Below are positions 25,887-35,273 of a DNA stretch of 64,000 bases, piece by piece (position 1 is the first letter of the stretch; each line of letters opens with the position of its first letter). The notes under the pieces are model-generated. The model saw nothing but the letters and a program-made list of their open reading frames with translations, did no database searches and had not been told where the DNA came from. The translations under genes were made by a program, and so were the position numbers. This stretch comes from an uncultured Bacteroidales bacterium (GTDB lineage: Bacteria > Bacteroidota > Bacteroidia > Bacteroidales > Bacteroidaceae). The DNA lies in NCBI GenBank assembly GCA_902801475.1, contig CADCIO010000004.1, forward strand, positions 13,784-77,783, read 5' to 3'.

Positions 25887-26513
25887 TTACCTGCATTTGA
25901 TGTCCTTGAATTGCCAAGTTGATGAAGGCTCAATGAGATCAAATTCTCTGGCATCAGAAGGCAATGCTGGGAAAATGAGGGCAAAGCGCAATTTCTGGTA
26001 AGGCCAAGGAATATAAGTTCTGGCAGGATACATGGTAATGTTATCCACACTCGCCAATCCCAATTTTCCACCCTTGTCACCCTTGATGTAGGTGGCACCA
26101 CCAATATAGAGAGACACATTGGAACTGCCAGCCTCATACTCCATCTCAACACGCGTCTCTCTGTCAGAGCATGACACCCGCACAATCTTCACACCCGTTG
26201 CCTGCTTTTTGTTCACAAAGACAGGATTCTCACGCGTATATCGATAGGCAGAATAGTCAGCCAGAATTGTTTTGTTATTGTTCAGGATGCTGGGACCATC
26301 TTCCTCACGTCCCCCTTTCACATAAAGACTGTTGATTTTCCTTGTCAAGGTGCGCTGGTCGGTATAGCCATACTTGCAGTTCAGTTTGGCGGCTTCCTCA
26401 TATTTCTCCAAAGCCTCCTCCCAATTCTCTTCCGACTCGAAGAACTTGGCCTCCGTCATCGCGTCTTGAAAACTCTGTTCAAATTCCACCTTCTGACGAG
26501 CCTGAATCTCCAT
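25887..26513 (-). CDS. hypothetical protein (no signal peptide)
   Basis: 208-aa ORF with coding-like composition. The N-terminus is helical ('ENWEEALEKYEEAAKL') and the C-terminal half is beta-rich. I recognise no family. Confidence 0.5.
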   Translation of the reverse strand: MEIQARQKVEFEQSFQDAMTEAKFFESEENWEEALEKYEEAAKLNCKYGYTDQRTLTRKINSLYVKGGREEDGPSILNNNKTILADYSAYRYTRENPVFVNKKQATGVKIVRVSCSDRETRVEMEYEAGSSNVSLYIGGATYIKGDKGGKLGLASVDNITMYPARTYIPWPYQKLRFALIFPALPSDAREFDLIEPSSTWQFKDIKCR

Positions 26514-26837
26514 TTCCTTCTTCCTTTCTGATGACTCAATGACAGGATTTGTAGAAGAAGGGCAAAAAACATCGTGAAGTTAACTCATTCGATGATTTGA
26601 GTTACTTCTATGTTTACCATAAGGTTTCCCTTAGCTTCAAGAATGCAAGGTTCATCTTGGGCTTCTGCAGAGGTCAAGTATTCCCCAGCAGAGGCATGTT
26701 ATTTCTCAATAAGGAACGAGTATTGAACAGTAGAGGCTGGTTATTGTGCCGACGTACCGACTTTAACGAAATGCCGTACCAAGAGCAACGATACGGCGTA
26801 GAAAGAACGTCGAAACGCCGTTGTTTTAAATTGGTGG

Positions 26838-26912
26838 CGGCAAAGCATCAAAGAGGCGTCGGCAAAGCATGGTTTTGCCGACGGCAAAAGGGTGGATTGC
26901 CGTCGGCAATTT
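26838..26912. repeat. four CGGCAA(A/T) sites phased at exactly 22 bp; two junctions form TTGCCG-N-CGGCAA palindromes
   Basis: CGGCAA starts at 26838, 26860, 26882 and 26904. The palindromes TTTTGCCGACGGCAAAA and ATTGCCGTCGGCAAT are centred at 26881 and 26903. A 10-bp hairpin CGTCGGCAAA/TTTGCCGACG spans 26857-26883. Confidence 0.8.
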
Positions 26913-27074
26913 ATTGCAGCCCTTAAGGCTTGCAACTTTTTGCTGCCTGGTTAGGAAAAATTATTGCCCTAACTGGGGAGCAAAGTTTTCCCCGTGGGAG
27001 AACAAATAAATGGTTTTTCTCAAAACACCTAACACAACACTCCTCCAACCCCGATGTACAAAGGGCTGGAGGGG

Positions 27075-27129
27075 TGTTACCTGTTTACAAAAGAGGTAAC
27101 AAACACCTAACAAACAGGTAACATTTTTT
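27075..27129 (+). terminator. hairpin plus T6 at the end of the 26.5-27.1 kb non-coding region
   Basis: TGTTACCTGTTT ... AAACAGGTAACA (12-bp stem, 25-nt loop) followed by TTTTTT. The orientation implies a plus-strand transcript ending here. Confidence 0.4.
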
Positions 27130-27156
27130 GTCGGGCTGCGATAAGGAGAAACGGAC

Positions 27157-28242
27157 TTATAGACCTTCATCAGGGAACGGTATATCCAATTGTATCCATT
27201 GCTGGAGGTCGGCTGGTAGTTCTCCTTTTTGATTGGACACTCCTAAACCCATGAGACGGATGGGACGTGAATGGAACTCCACTTGCCGCAGCAGTTGTTT
27301 GGCCAACGGCAGAATGTCGTCCTTGGTGCGGAGGATATGGTCAACAGTGATGCTGCGTGTTATCTGCTGAAAGTCCAAGAACTTCACTTTCAGCGTCAGC
27401 GTGCGGCCCTCGAATTCGTTCTTGGCGATACGCCTTTCCAATTCGAGAACGGTATGATATAGTTCGATGATAGCTGCCGACTGTTCGCTGATGTCTTTCT
27501 CGAAGGTCTGCTCGCAGCTGACAGACTTCCGCTCCCATTCAGAAACGACAGGGCGTTCGTCGATGCCTCGAGCAAAATTGTAGAATATCTGCCCCATCTT
27601 GCCAAATTCGGCTGTCAGATGCTGCAACGACACCTCACGCAGGTCGGCACCAGTGAAGATGCCCATGTGATGCATCTTGTCTGCCGTCTTGGGACCGATG
27701 CCCCATATCTTCTCCACCCTCAACCTGGAGATGAAATCCATCGCCCTGTCGGGATGAATCACCGTCAATCCATTGGGTTTTCGCCAGTCGGAGGCTATCT
27801 TTGCCAGGAACTTGCAATAGCTCACCCCAGCCGATGCTGTCAAGCCTGTGGTCTCAAGGATGCGCTGTTTGATTTCGCGGGCTATGTCCACACCCAATTC
27901 GATGCCTTTCTTGTTCTCCGTCACGTCGAGGAAGGCCTCATCGAGCGAAATGGGTTCTATCAAGTCTGTATAGTCATGGAAGATTTCATGCAGTTGCGCT
28001 GACACCTCCTTATAGCGCTGAAAGTGTGGCTCAACGATTATCAATTGGGGACATCGGCGTTTGGCCACTTGGATGGATTGGGCTGAATGAACACCAAACC
28101 GGCGAGCCTCATAGCTGGCTGTGGACACCACACCACGCTCGGCATCGTGTCCCACTGCTATCGGTTTGCCTTTCAGTTCTGGATGGTCGCGCTGCTCAAC
28201 GGCTGCGAAGAACTGATCCATATCTACATGAATGATTTTCAC
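27157..28242 (-). CDS. dinB: DNA polymerase IV
   Basis: 361 aa with 'MKIIHVDMDQFFAAVEQRDHPELKGKPIAVG' and 'EPISLDEAFLDVT', both Y-family polymerase motifs. Confidence 0.93.
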   Translation of the reverse strand: MKIIHVDMDQFFAAVEQRDHPELKGKPIAVGHDAERGVVSTASYEARRFGVHSAQSIQVAKRRCPQLIIVEPHFQRYKEVSAQLHEIFHDYTDLIEPISLDEAFLDVTENKKGIELGVDIAREIKQRILETTGLTASAGVSYCKFLAKIASDWRKPNGLTVIHPDRAMDFISRLRVEKIWGIGPKTADKMHHMGIFTGADLREVSLQHLTAEFGKMGQIFYNFARGIDERPVVSEWERKSVSCEQTFEKDISEQSAAIIELYHTVLELERRIAKNEFEGRTLTLKVKFLDFQQITRSITVDHILRTKDDILPLAKQLLRQVEFHSRPIRLMGLGVSNQKGELPADLQQWIQLDIPFPDEGL

Positions 28243-28289
28243 TTGTCTGTCACTTGTCCGTTAGAAGGGCCTTGTGCCTTTTTCTGCAG

Positions 28290-28297
28290 CAAAGGTA
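28290..28297 (-). promoter_or_regulatory. -7 box TACCTTTG (dinB)
   Basis: TAnnTTTG on the minus strand, ~48 nt upstream of the dinB ATG. Confidence 0.5.
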
Positions 28298-28411
28298 ACC
28301 ATTTGTGACTGAACTGCCAAACTTTATGGGATAATTAAAAAAGAACGTACTCTCGTTCGACAAAAAAAGTAAAAACTTCGGTTTTTCCTTTGTTTTGTGC
28401 TCACTTATTCG

Positions 28412-28419
28412 TACCTTTG
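28412..28419 (+). promoter_or_regulatory. -7 box TACCTTTG (iorA operon)
   Basis: Exact TAnnTTTG 78 nt upstream of the iorA ATG. Confidence 0.55.
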
Positions 28420-28433
28420 CATGTTTTTCGGGC

Positions 28434-28461
28434 TTTCTCAGCTTGAGAAACATGTTTTTTT
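28434..28461 (+). terminator. terminator-like hairpin plus T7 inside the iorA 5' leader (possible attenuator)
   Basis: TTTCTCA-GCT-TGAGAAA (7 bp), extendable to a 10-bp outer stem at 28420-28429/28445-28454, followed by CATG and TTTTTTT. Confidence 0.45.
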
Positions 28462-28496
28462 GTGTCTTTTACGAATCAATTACAATCAATTAAGAT

Positions 28497-30095
28497 ATGA
28501 AACAATTACTTCTTGGTGACGAAGCTATTGCCTTGGGAGCGATTAACGCCGGACTCTCTGGCGTGTATGCTTATCCTGGCACTCCTTCCACCGAAATTAC
28601 TGAATTTATTCAGACCAACAAGGTGGCACAAGAACGTGGCATCCACAGTCGTTGGTGTACAAACGAGAAGACAGCGATGGAGGCTGCGCTCGGTATGTCT
28701 TATGCAGGCAAGCGTGCCCTGGTGTGCATGAAGCACGTAGGTATGAACGTATGTGCTGATGCTTTTGTTAACAGTGCTATTACGGGTGTGAATGGCGGTC
28801 TTATCGTATTGGCTGCTGACGACCCATCGATGCACTCTTCACAGAACGAACAGGACAGCCGCTTCTATGGCAAGTTCGCGCTCATCCCTGTGTTTGAGCC
28901 ATCAAACCAGCAGGAAGCTTACGATATGGTGGCAAGCGCTTTCGAACTTTCTGAGAGTCTGAAAGTGCCAGTATTGCTACGCATTGTCACTCGTTTGGCA
29001 CACAGCCGTGCTGCTGTGGAAGTGGGTGAATTGGGTGTTGAGAACCAACTCAACCCCAGCACTGACCAGTGGGTGTTGCTGCCAGGTATTGCCAGAAAGA
29101 AGTATGTAGATCTGCTGGGCAAGCAGGTGGAATTTGAGAAGGCAAGCGAGGTTTCTGCATATAACCGTCTGGAGAAGGGTGGTCAGCAGCGTCTCGGCAT
29201 TATTGCTTGTGGCATTGGTTACAATTACGTGAAAGAAAATGTGGGTGACGATGCCAACATCCTGAAGGTAAGCCAATATCCATTGCCAGAAGGGAAGATT
29301 CAGGCTTTGGCTGCTGAAAACGATGCCATCCTCGTAGTGGAAGATGGTCAGCCAGTAGTGGAAGAGCAGTTGAAGGGTCTTCTGGGTGGAGGTTATGCGA
29401 TCAAGGGACGTCTGACGGGTGACCTTCCTCGTACAGGTGAGTTGACGCCTGACTGTGTGGCCAAGGCATTGGGCAAACCAGCAGGTCCTGCATTCGACAA
29501 CGCAAAGAATCTCGCAGGTCGTCCTCCTCAGCTCTGTCAGGGCTGCGGACACCGCGATGTATATACAGCGCTGAATGAGGTGCTGGCTGAATATCCTGAT
29601 TATCGTGTGTTTGGTGACATCGGTTGCTACACATTGGGTGCGCTGCCACCTTTCAAAGCACTCTCCAGCTGTGTGGACATGGGAGCTTCCATCACGATGG
29701 CGAAAGGTGCTGCTGATGCAGGATTGTTCCCATCTGTTGCCATCATCGGCGACTCAACCTTCACCCACTCTGGTATGACAGGTCTTTTGGATGCAGTCAA
29801 CGACAAATCCAATATCACCGTTGTCATCTCCGACAACCTGACCACAGGTATGACAGGTGGGCAGGATTCTGCAGGTACAAACAAGTTTGAGGCGATTTGT
29901 CTTGGTTTGGGCGTAGAGCCAGAGCATGTACGTGTGGTGGTGCCACTTCCCAAAAACATGCCTGAGATCACTCGCATCCTGAAGGAGGAGATAGAGTACA
30001 ATGGAGTTTCAGTGATTATTCCTCGTCGTGAGTGCATCCAGACAGCAGCACGTCACGCAAGAGAAAGACAGAAAGCAAAGGAGGCAAACAAATGA
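28497..30095 (+). CDS. iorA: indolepyruvate:ferredoxin oxidoreductase subunit alpha
   Basis: 532 aa with 'LLGDEAIALGAINAGLSGVYAYPGTPSTEI', a TPP-binding region 'GDIGCYTLG...GDSTFTHSG', and 'CQGCGHRDVY'. Confidence 0.9.
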   Translation: MKQLLLGDEAIALGAINAGLSGVYAYPGTPSTEITEFIQTNKVAQERGIHSRWCTNEKTAMEAALGMSYAGKRALVCMKHVGMNVCADAFVNSAITGVNGGLIVLAADDPSMHSSQNEQDSRFYGKFALIPVFEPSNQQEAYDMVASAFELSESLKVPVLLRIVTRLAHSRAAVEVGELGVENQLNPSTDQWVLLPGIARKKYVDLLGKQVEFEKASEVSAYNRLEKGGQQRLGIIACGIGYNYVKENVGDDANILKVSQYPLPEGKIQALAAENDAILVVEDGQPVVEEQLKGLLGGGYAIKGRLTGDLPRTGELTPDCVAKALGKPAGPAFDNAKNLAGRPPQLCQGCGHRDVYTALNEVLAEYPDYRVFGDIGCYTLGALPPFKALSSCVDMGASITMAKGAADAGLFPSVAIIGDSTFTHSGMTGLLDAVNDKSNITVVISDNLTTGMTGGQDSAGTNKFEAICLGLGVEPEHVRVVVPLPKNMPEITRILKEEIEYNGVSVIIPRRECIQTAARHARERQKAKEANK

Positions 30096-30670
30096 AGAAA
30101 GACATCATACTTTGCGGTGTGGGCGGACAAGGCATCCTCTCCATCGCTACCATCATCGGAGAAGCAGCTACAGAGGCAGGCATCAACCTGAAACAAGCTG
30201 AGGTACACGGAATGAGTCAACGTGGTGGTGACGTGCAGTCAAACCTGCGCCTCTCTACAGAGAACATCTATTCAGACCTCATTCCACAGGGAGGTGCTGA
30301 CGTGGTCATCTCAATGGAACCGATGGAGGCACTGCGTTACCTCCCCTATCTTGCCAAGACTGGCACCATCGTGACCAGCAGCAAGCCTTTCATCAACATC
30401 CCCAACTACCCTGACGAAACTGCTCTGATGGCTGAACTCGACAGCATGCCATCAGTAGTGAAACTCGACATCGAGAGTGTAGCTAAGGATGCAGGCAATG
30501 TGCGTGGCGCCAACATGGTGCTGCTCGGCATGGCCGCCCCATTTATTGAGATTATTACGGTCGAGCAACTTCGTAAGGCCATTTCCGTCATCTTTGCACG
30601 TAAAGGCGAAGCCATTGTCGAAGCCAACCTCAAGGCTTTCGACATGGGTGTAGCAGCAAGTAATAAATAA
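30092..30670 (+). CDS. iorB: indolepyruvate:ferredoxin oxidoreductase subunit beta
   Basis: The start at 'MKKDIILCGVGGQGILS' overlaps the iorA stop (ATGA). Length (192 aa) and sequence are typical of IorB. Confidence 0.88.
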   Translation: MKKDIILCGVGGQGILSIATIIGEAATEAGINLKQAEVHGMSQRGGDVQSNLRLSTENIYSDLIPQGGADVVISMEPMEALRYLPYLAKTGTIVTSSKPFINIPNYPDETALMAELDSMPSVVKLDIESVAKDAGNVRGANMVLLGMAAPFIEIITVEQLRKAISVIFARKGEAIVEANLKAFDMGVAASNK

Positions 30671-30691
30671 CAATCAAACACAAGTAAACAC

Positions 30692-32008
30692 ATGATTCAC
30701 AATCCTGAAATGGAATGCATGGACAGAGAGTCTATGCGCAAGTTGCAGACCGAGCGTTTGCAGAAAGTCGTCAAGAGGTGCTACGAGAATGTGCCTTTCT
30801 ATCGCAAGAAGATGGACAGAATGGGTGTGAGACCTGAGCACATCAAGAGCATTGACGACATCACGAAGTTGCCCTTCACCACGAAGCACGACTTGCGCGA
30901 CGAGTACCCCTTCGGACTCCAAGCCGTGCCTCAGAGTGAGATTCGCCGTATTCACGCCTCATCAGGTACGACCGGCAAGCCCGTGGTCGGCACCTACACA
31001 GAGAATGACCTGAAGATGTGGGCAGAGTGCGTAGCTCGTGTGATGGCAGTAGGCGATGTAGGACCAGGCGATGTCGTACAGGTGGCATACGGATATGGAT
31101 TATTCACAGGAGGCTTAGGTGCGCACGACGGTGCTGCTGTACGTGGCGCCATCCAGTTGCCTATCTCAGCAGGTAACTCTGCCAAGCAGATCATGCTGAT
31201 GAAGGACTTTGGCACGACAGCACTTTGCTGCACCCCTTCGTATGCTTTGCATCTGGCAGAGGTGATTGAACAGACTCCCAACATCGACGCTGAGGATCTG
31301 AAACTGAGAGTCGGCTTCTTCGGAGCAGAACCTTGGACTTGGGGCATCCGTCGTGAGTTGGAGAAGAAACTGCACATCAAGGCAATCGACATCTACGGAC
31401 TGACAGAGATGTGCGGTCCTGGTGTGGGCGGTGAGTGTCAATTCCAGAACGGTACGCACGTGGCTGAAGACATGTTCTATCCAGAAATCATCAATCCAGA
31501 AACCCTGCAGCCTGTAGAGCCAGGTGAAGAAGGTGAGTTGGTGTTCACTTCTTTGTGCAAGGAAGCAATGCCTATCCTCCGTTATCGTACAAGAGACCTC
31601 ACCCACCTCATCTATGAGCCTTGTGAGTGTGGACGTACAACGGTCCGCCTCGGAAAGATTTTGGGTCGTAGCGACGATATGCTCATCATACGTGGTGTGA
31701 ACGTCTTCCCATCGCAAATTGAGACCGTGCTGACCGAATTCCCAGTATTCACCCCACAGTATTTCATCACCGTGGATCGCAAGAACAACGAAGACACCTT
31801 CGACCTCGATGTCGAGTTGCGTGCAGAATACTTCTCGCCCAACCCAGCGAAGCAGATGCCATTCATCAAACCACTCTACGACCGCATCGTCAGTCTGGTG
31901 GGCATTAAGCCAAACATCCACATCAAGGAACCAGGCAACATCGAACGTTCTACAGGCAAGGCCAAGCATGTGCTCGATAAGAGAACACTCCTGAAGGATT
32001 GGAAGTAG
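30692..32008 (+). CDS. phenylacetate-CoA ligase family protein (paralog 1)
   Basis: 438 aa with 'ECMDRESMRKLQTERLQ', 'IHASSGTTGKP' and 'YGLTEMCGPGV...YRTRDL', all PaaK-type adenylate-forming motifs. Confidence 0.88.
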   Translation: MIHNPEMECMDRESMRKLQTERLQKVVKRCYENVPFYRKKMDRMGVRPEHIKSIDDITKLPFTTKHDLRDEYPFGLQAVPQSEIRRIHASSGTTGKPVVGTYTENDLKMWAECVARVMAVGDVGPGDVVQVAYGYGLFTGGLGAHDGAAVRGAIQLPISAGNSAKQIMLMKDFGTTALCCTPSYALHLAEVIEQTPNIDAEDLKLRVGFFGAEPWTWGIRRELEKKLHIKAIDIYGLTEMCGPGVGGECQFQNGTHVAEDMFYPEIINPETLQPVEPGEEGELVFTSLCKEAMPILRYRTRDLTHLIYEPCECGRTTVRLGKILGRSDDMLIIRGVNVFPSQIETVLTEFPVFTPQYFITVDRKNNEDTFDLDVELRAEYFSPNPAKQMPFIKPLYDRIVSLVGIKPNIHIKEPGNIERSTGKAKHVLDKRTLLKDWK

Positions 32009-32043
32009 AAACTTTCTGAACATATACATATTTAAAAATAGAA

Positions 32044-33351
32044 ATGACAACACCATTAGATTATACGATTGTGACCGATGCCATCGAGGGGATGGGGCTG
32101 GGCGACTTCTCGCAGGCCACCATCCGTGACATCCAATCACTCTCGAAAGTGCTGGAAGAAAAGACGGGACAGACGGTCATCCATCTGGAGATGGGTGTGC
32201 CAGGTCTGCAGCCTTCGGACATCGCCATCAAAGCAGAACAAGAGGCGTTGCAGAACGGTTGCGCCACCATCTACCCTCCCAACGGCGGTATTCCACGCAT
32301 CAAGAACGCGGCTTCGCGTTTCGTCAAGGCATTCATCGGAGTGGACATCGACCCACTCTGCTGCATCCCCACCACAGGTTCGATGCAGGGTACTTTTGCT
32401 GTCTTCACGGCTTGGCACCACGCCATGCCTGAGAAGGACACCGTGCTGTTCATCCATCCCGGTTTCCCTGTACAGACCTCGCAATGCGACGTGATTGGCT
32501 TGAAACATATCGGCTTGGACATTCACGACTATCGCGGTGATGCGCTCGTTGAGAAGCTGGAAGAGATCCTGTCGGCAGGCAACATCTGTGGTATTGTCTA
32601 TTCAAACCCCAACAACCCATCATGGGTATGCTTCAATGAGGAAGAGCTGAAGGGCATCGCCATGTTGGCAGACAAGCACGACTGCATCATCCTGGAAGAC
32701 CTCGCTTACTTCGCGATGGACTTCCGCAGGGATCTGAGTCATCCGTTCGAAGCACCTTATCAGGCTACGGTGGCAAGATATACAGACAAGTACATCTTGG
32801 CCGTGTCGGGCTCGAAGGCATTCTCGTATGCGGGTCAACGCATCGGTGTGGCTTGTATCAGCAACACCCTCTACCACCGTGTCTATCCTGCTTTGGAGCA
32901 GAACTTTGGCGTGGGTGAGTTCGGAAACTTCTTCTGCAACCGACTGATGTACACGCTCAGTAGCGGTACGACACATAGTGTGCAGCACGCAATGGCAGCG
33001 CTGATGGAAGCAGCTTGTGACGGTCAGTACAACTTCTTGGCTGATGTACGCGAGTATGGCAGAAGAGCCAAGTATATGAAGGACGTGCTCCTGACCAACG
33101 GCTTCTACCTCGTGTATGACAACGACATGGGCGCACCCTTAGCTGACGGTTTCTACTTTACGGTACAGTACCCAGGCATGACTGACCTCCAACTGACACG
33201 TGAACTGATGTACTATGGCATTGCCGTGTTCCCGCTCGACACGATGGGTTCGAACGAACAAGGCGTGCGCATATGTACCTCGTTCTTCTCAAAGGAACAG
33301 GAGCCGATGTTTAAAGAGAGAATAGAAAGTTTCAATCGTAATCATTCATAA
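32044..33351 (+). CDS. class I/II pyridoxal-phosphate aminotransferase
   Basis: 435 aa with 'VSGSKAFSYAGQRIG' (PLP-lysine context) and 'YSNPNNPSW'. It is embedded between the two PaaK paralogs. Confidence 0.8.
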   Translation: MTTPLDYTIVTDAIEGMGLGDFSQATIRDIQSLSKVLEEKTGQTVIHLEMGVPGLQPSDIAIKAEQEALQNGCATIYPPNGGIPRIKNAASRFVKAFIGVDIDPLCCIPTTGSMQGTFAVFTAWHHAMPEKDTVLFIHPGFPVQTSQCDVIGLKHIGLDIHDYRGDALVEKLEEILSAGNICGIVYSNPNNPSWVCFNEEELKGIAMLADKHDCIILEDLAYFAMDFRRDLSHPFEAPYQATVARYTDKYILAVSGSKAFSYAGQRIGVACISNTLYHRVYPALEQNFGVGEFGNFFCNRLMYTLSSGTTHSVQHAMAALMEAACDGQYNFLADVREYGRRAKYMKDVLLTNGFYLVYDNDMGAPLADGFYFTVQYPGMTDLQLTRELMYYGIAVFPLDTMGSNEQGVRICTSFFSKEQEPMFKERIESFNRNHS

Positions 33352-33400
33352 GACCTATAAGTCCTATAAGACCTATAAGACCTATAAGCCCCATAAAACC
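33347..33400. repeat. six 9-mers (C/T)ATAA(G/A)NCC filling the aminotransferase|paaK-2 spacer
   Basis: CATAAGACC-TATAAGTCC-TATAAGACC-TATAAGACC-TATAAGCCC-CATAAAACC, read directly. The first unit contains the stop codon. Confidence 0.85.
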
Positions 33401-33409
33401 AAAACTCTA

Positions 33410-34726
33410 ATGGACGATAAATCACCTTACTTTCATCCGCAGTACGAGACACTCTCGCACGAGGAGATTAAGAAGCTGCAGCTGGAACGGCTGCAGGCAA
33501 CGGTGAAGCATTGCATGAACTCACCGTTTTACAAGAAACGTTTTGAGGAAATCGGATTGAAACCAGAGGACATCAAGAGCCTCGATGACATCCGTAAGAT
33601 TCCTTTTACCACCAAACAAGACCTGAGAGACACCTACCCCTTTGGCATAGCCAGTGCGCCTCTCCGTCAGTGTGTACGTCTGCACTCTTCATCGGGTACG
33701 ACGGGTAATCCAACCGTGATTCTGCACACACAGAAAGACCTTGACGAGTGGTCGAACCAAGTGGCACGTAACCTCTGGATGGTGGGACTACGCCCCGATG
33801 ACGTGTTCCAGAACTCCTCTGGTTACGGCATGTTCACAGGCGGTCTCGGTTTCCAGTATGGTGCTGAGAAGTTGGGTATGCTCACTGTGCCAGCAGCAGC
33901 TGGTAACTCCCTGCGTCAGATCAAGTTCATCAAGGACTTTGGCACTACAGCCATTCACGCTGTGCCCAGCTACCTAACCCGTCTCTATGAGGTGATGCAG
34001 TCTGAAGGTGTTGACCCACGCAAGGACACGAAGCTGAAGGTGCTTGCCATCGGTGCTGAGCCTCACTCGGAAGAACAGCGCAAGCGCATCGAGGAGATGA
34101 TGGGCGCGAAGGCTTACAACTCGTTCGGCATGAGTGAGATGTGTGGCCCAGGCGTTGGTTTTGAGTGCCCAGAGCAGAACGGTTTGCACTTCTGGGAAGA
34201 CTACTATATCGTGGAAATTGTTGACCCTGATACCCTGGAGCCAGTGCCAGAGGGTGAAATCGGTGAACTGGTGCTCACCACCCTTTGCCGTGAAGCGATG
34301 CCATTGCTCCGCTATCGTACCAGAGACCTGACCCGTGTACTGGGACACACTTGTCCTTGTGGACGTAACCACGTACGTCTCGACCGCATGCGTGGACGTT
34401 CCGACGACATGATGGTGCTGCGTGGTGTGAACATCTTCCCCATCCAAATTGAGAAGATTCTGATGCAGTTCAAGGAACTCGCCAGCAACTACCTCATCAC
34501 TTTGACCACTGACGAGGACAACGACAACATGACCGTAGAGGTGGAACTCGAAGAACTCTTCACAGATGACTACCAGCGCCTCATTGCCTTGCAGAAGGAG
34601 ATCAAGCGCCGACTGAAGGACGAAATCCTCCTCACCCCTCATGTAAAACTCGTGCCTAAGGGCAGCCTGCCTGTGAGCGAAGGAAAAGCCGTGAGAGTGG
34701 TAGATAAGAGAAAAGTGTATCAATAA
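33410..34726 (+). CDS. phenylacetate-CoA ligase family protein (paralog 2)
   Basis: 438 aa with 'LHSSSGTTGNP' and 'FGMSEMCGPGV...YRTRDL'. It aligns collinearly with 30692..32008. Confidence 0.88.
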   Translation: MDDKSPYFHPQYETLSHEEIKKLQLERLQATVKHCMNSPFYKKRFEEIGLKPEDIKSLDDIRKIPFTTKQDLRDTYPFGIASAPLRQCVRLHSSSGTTGNPTVILHTQKDLDEWSNQVARNLWMVGLRPDDVFQNSSGYGMFTGGLGFQYGAEKLGMLTVPAAAGNSLRQIKFIKDFGTTAIHAVPSYLTRLYEVMQSEGVDPRKDTKLKVLAIGAEPHSEEQRKRIEEMMGAKAYNSFGMSEMCGPGVGFECPEQNGLHFWEDYYIVEIVDPDTLEPVPEGEIGELVLTTLCREAMPLLRYRTRDLTRVLGHTCPCGRNHVRLDRMRGRSDDMMVLRGVNIFPIQIEKILMQFKELASNYLITLTTDEDNDNMTVEVELEELFTDDYQRLIALQKEIKRRLKDEILLTPHVKLVPKGSLPVSEGKAVRVVDKRKVYQ

Positions 34727-34737
34727 AACTTTCAATT

Positions 34738-35163
34738 ATGACTATCAAGCAATTATCCATCTTCATCGAGAACAAGGGAGGCACGCTGATTAAGGTTCTC
34801 GACCTGCTGAGCAAGGCAGGCATACAGATTATTGCCTCCACCATTGCCGACACCAAAGATTACGGCATTTACCGTGTGCTGTGTAACAACCCGGCACAGG
34901 CGTATATCATCCTGAAAGATGCAGGCATCAATGTGCAGCTCTCTGACGTGATTGCCCTCAGCATCGACGACCAACCCGGTCGTGCTGCTGAAGCCATCAA
35001 GGAAATTTCTGCCGCTGGAGTCAGCATCCTTTATCTCTACTCCTTCCTTTGGCAGGGCAAGGGCGTTCTTGTGTTCCGTGCCGACCAGAGCGAGAAGGCA
35101 AAGGAGACCATCATGCTGAACAAATTGACATTCTTGACGGAAGAAGACTTTAAGTCTTTATAG
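34738..35163 (+). CDS. ACT domain-containing (amino-acid-binding) protein
   Basis: 141 aa with two ACT-like halves ('LSIFIENKGGTLIKVLDLLSKAGIQI', 'ALSIDDQPGRAAEAIKEISAAGVSI'). It is the last gene of the ior/paaK operon. Confidence 0.75.
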   Translation: MTIKQLSIFIENKGGTLIKVLDLLSKAGIQIIASTIADTKDYGIYRVLCNNPAQAYIILKDAGINVQLSDVIALSIDDQPGRAAEAIKEISAAGVSILYLYSFLWQGKGVLVFRADQSEKAKETIMLNKLTFLTEEDFKSL

Positions 35164-35244
35164 GAAAAAGTAGGGTTTCAGCACTTTTTTCGCCTTTCGT
35201 GCGAAAAAAGTGCTGAAATGTTTGGTCAGTCCAAAAAAAAGGCG

Positions 35245-35252
35245 TACCTTTG
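35245..35252 (+). promoter_or_regulatory. -7 box TACCTTTG (tRNA-Phe)
   Basis: GCGTACCTTTGCACTCGCTAAA lies 22 nt upstream of the tRNA. Confidence 0.6.
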
Positions 35253-35273
35253 CACTCGCTAAACAAAAGAGAT

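Noticed and set aside
26041-26049. A perfect DnaA-box-like TTATCCACA.
   Set aside because: It is a single copy inside a CDS, with no cluster and no AT-rich unwinding region nearby. This is compatible with chance.
26597-27121. ORFs 26597..26926 (109 aa) and 26930..27121 (63 aa) in the 640-bp gap.
   Set aside because: Their translations are Arg/Cys/Phe-rich and lack coding-like character. They span hairpins and phased palindromes. One uses a non-ATG start.
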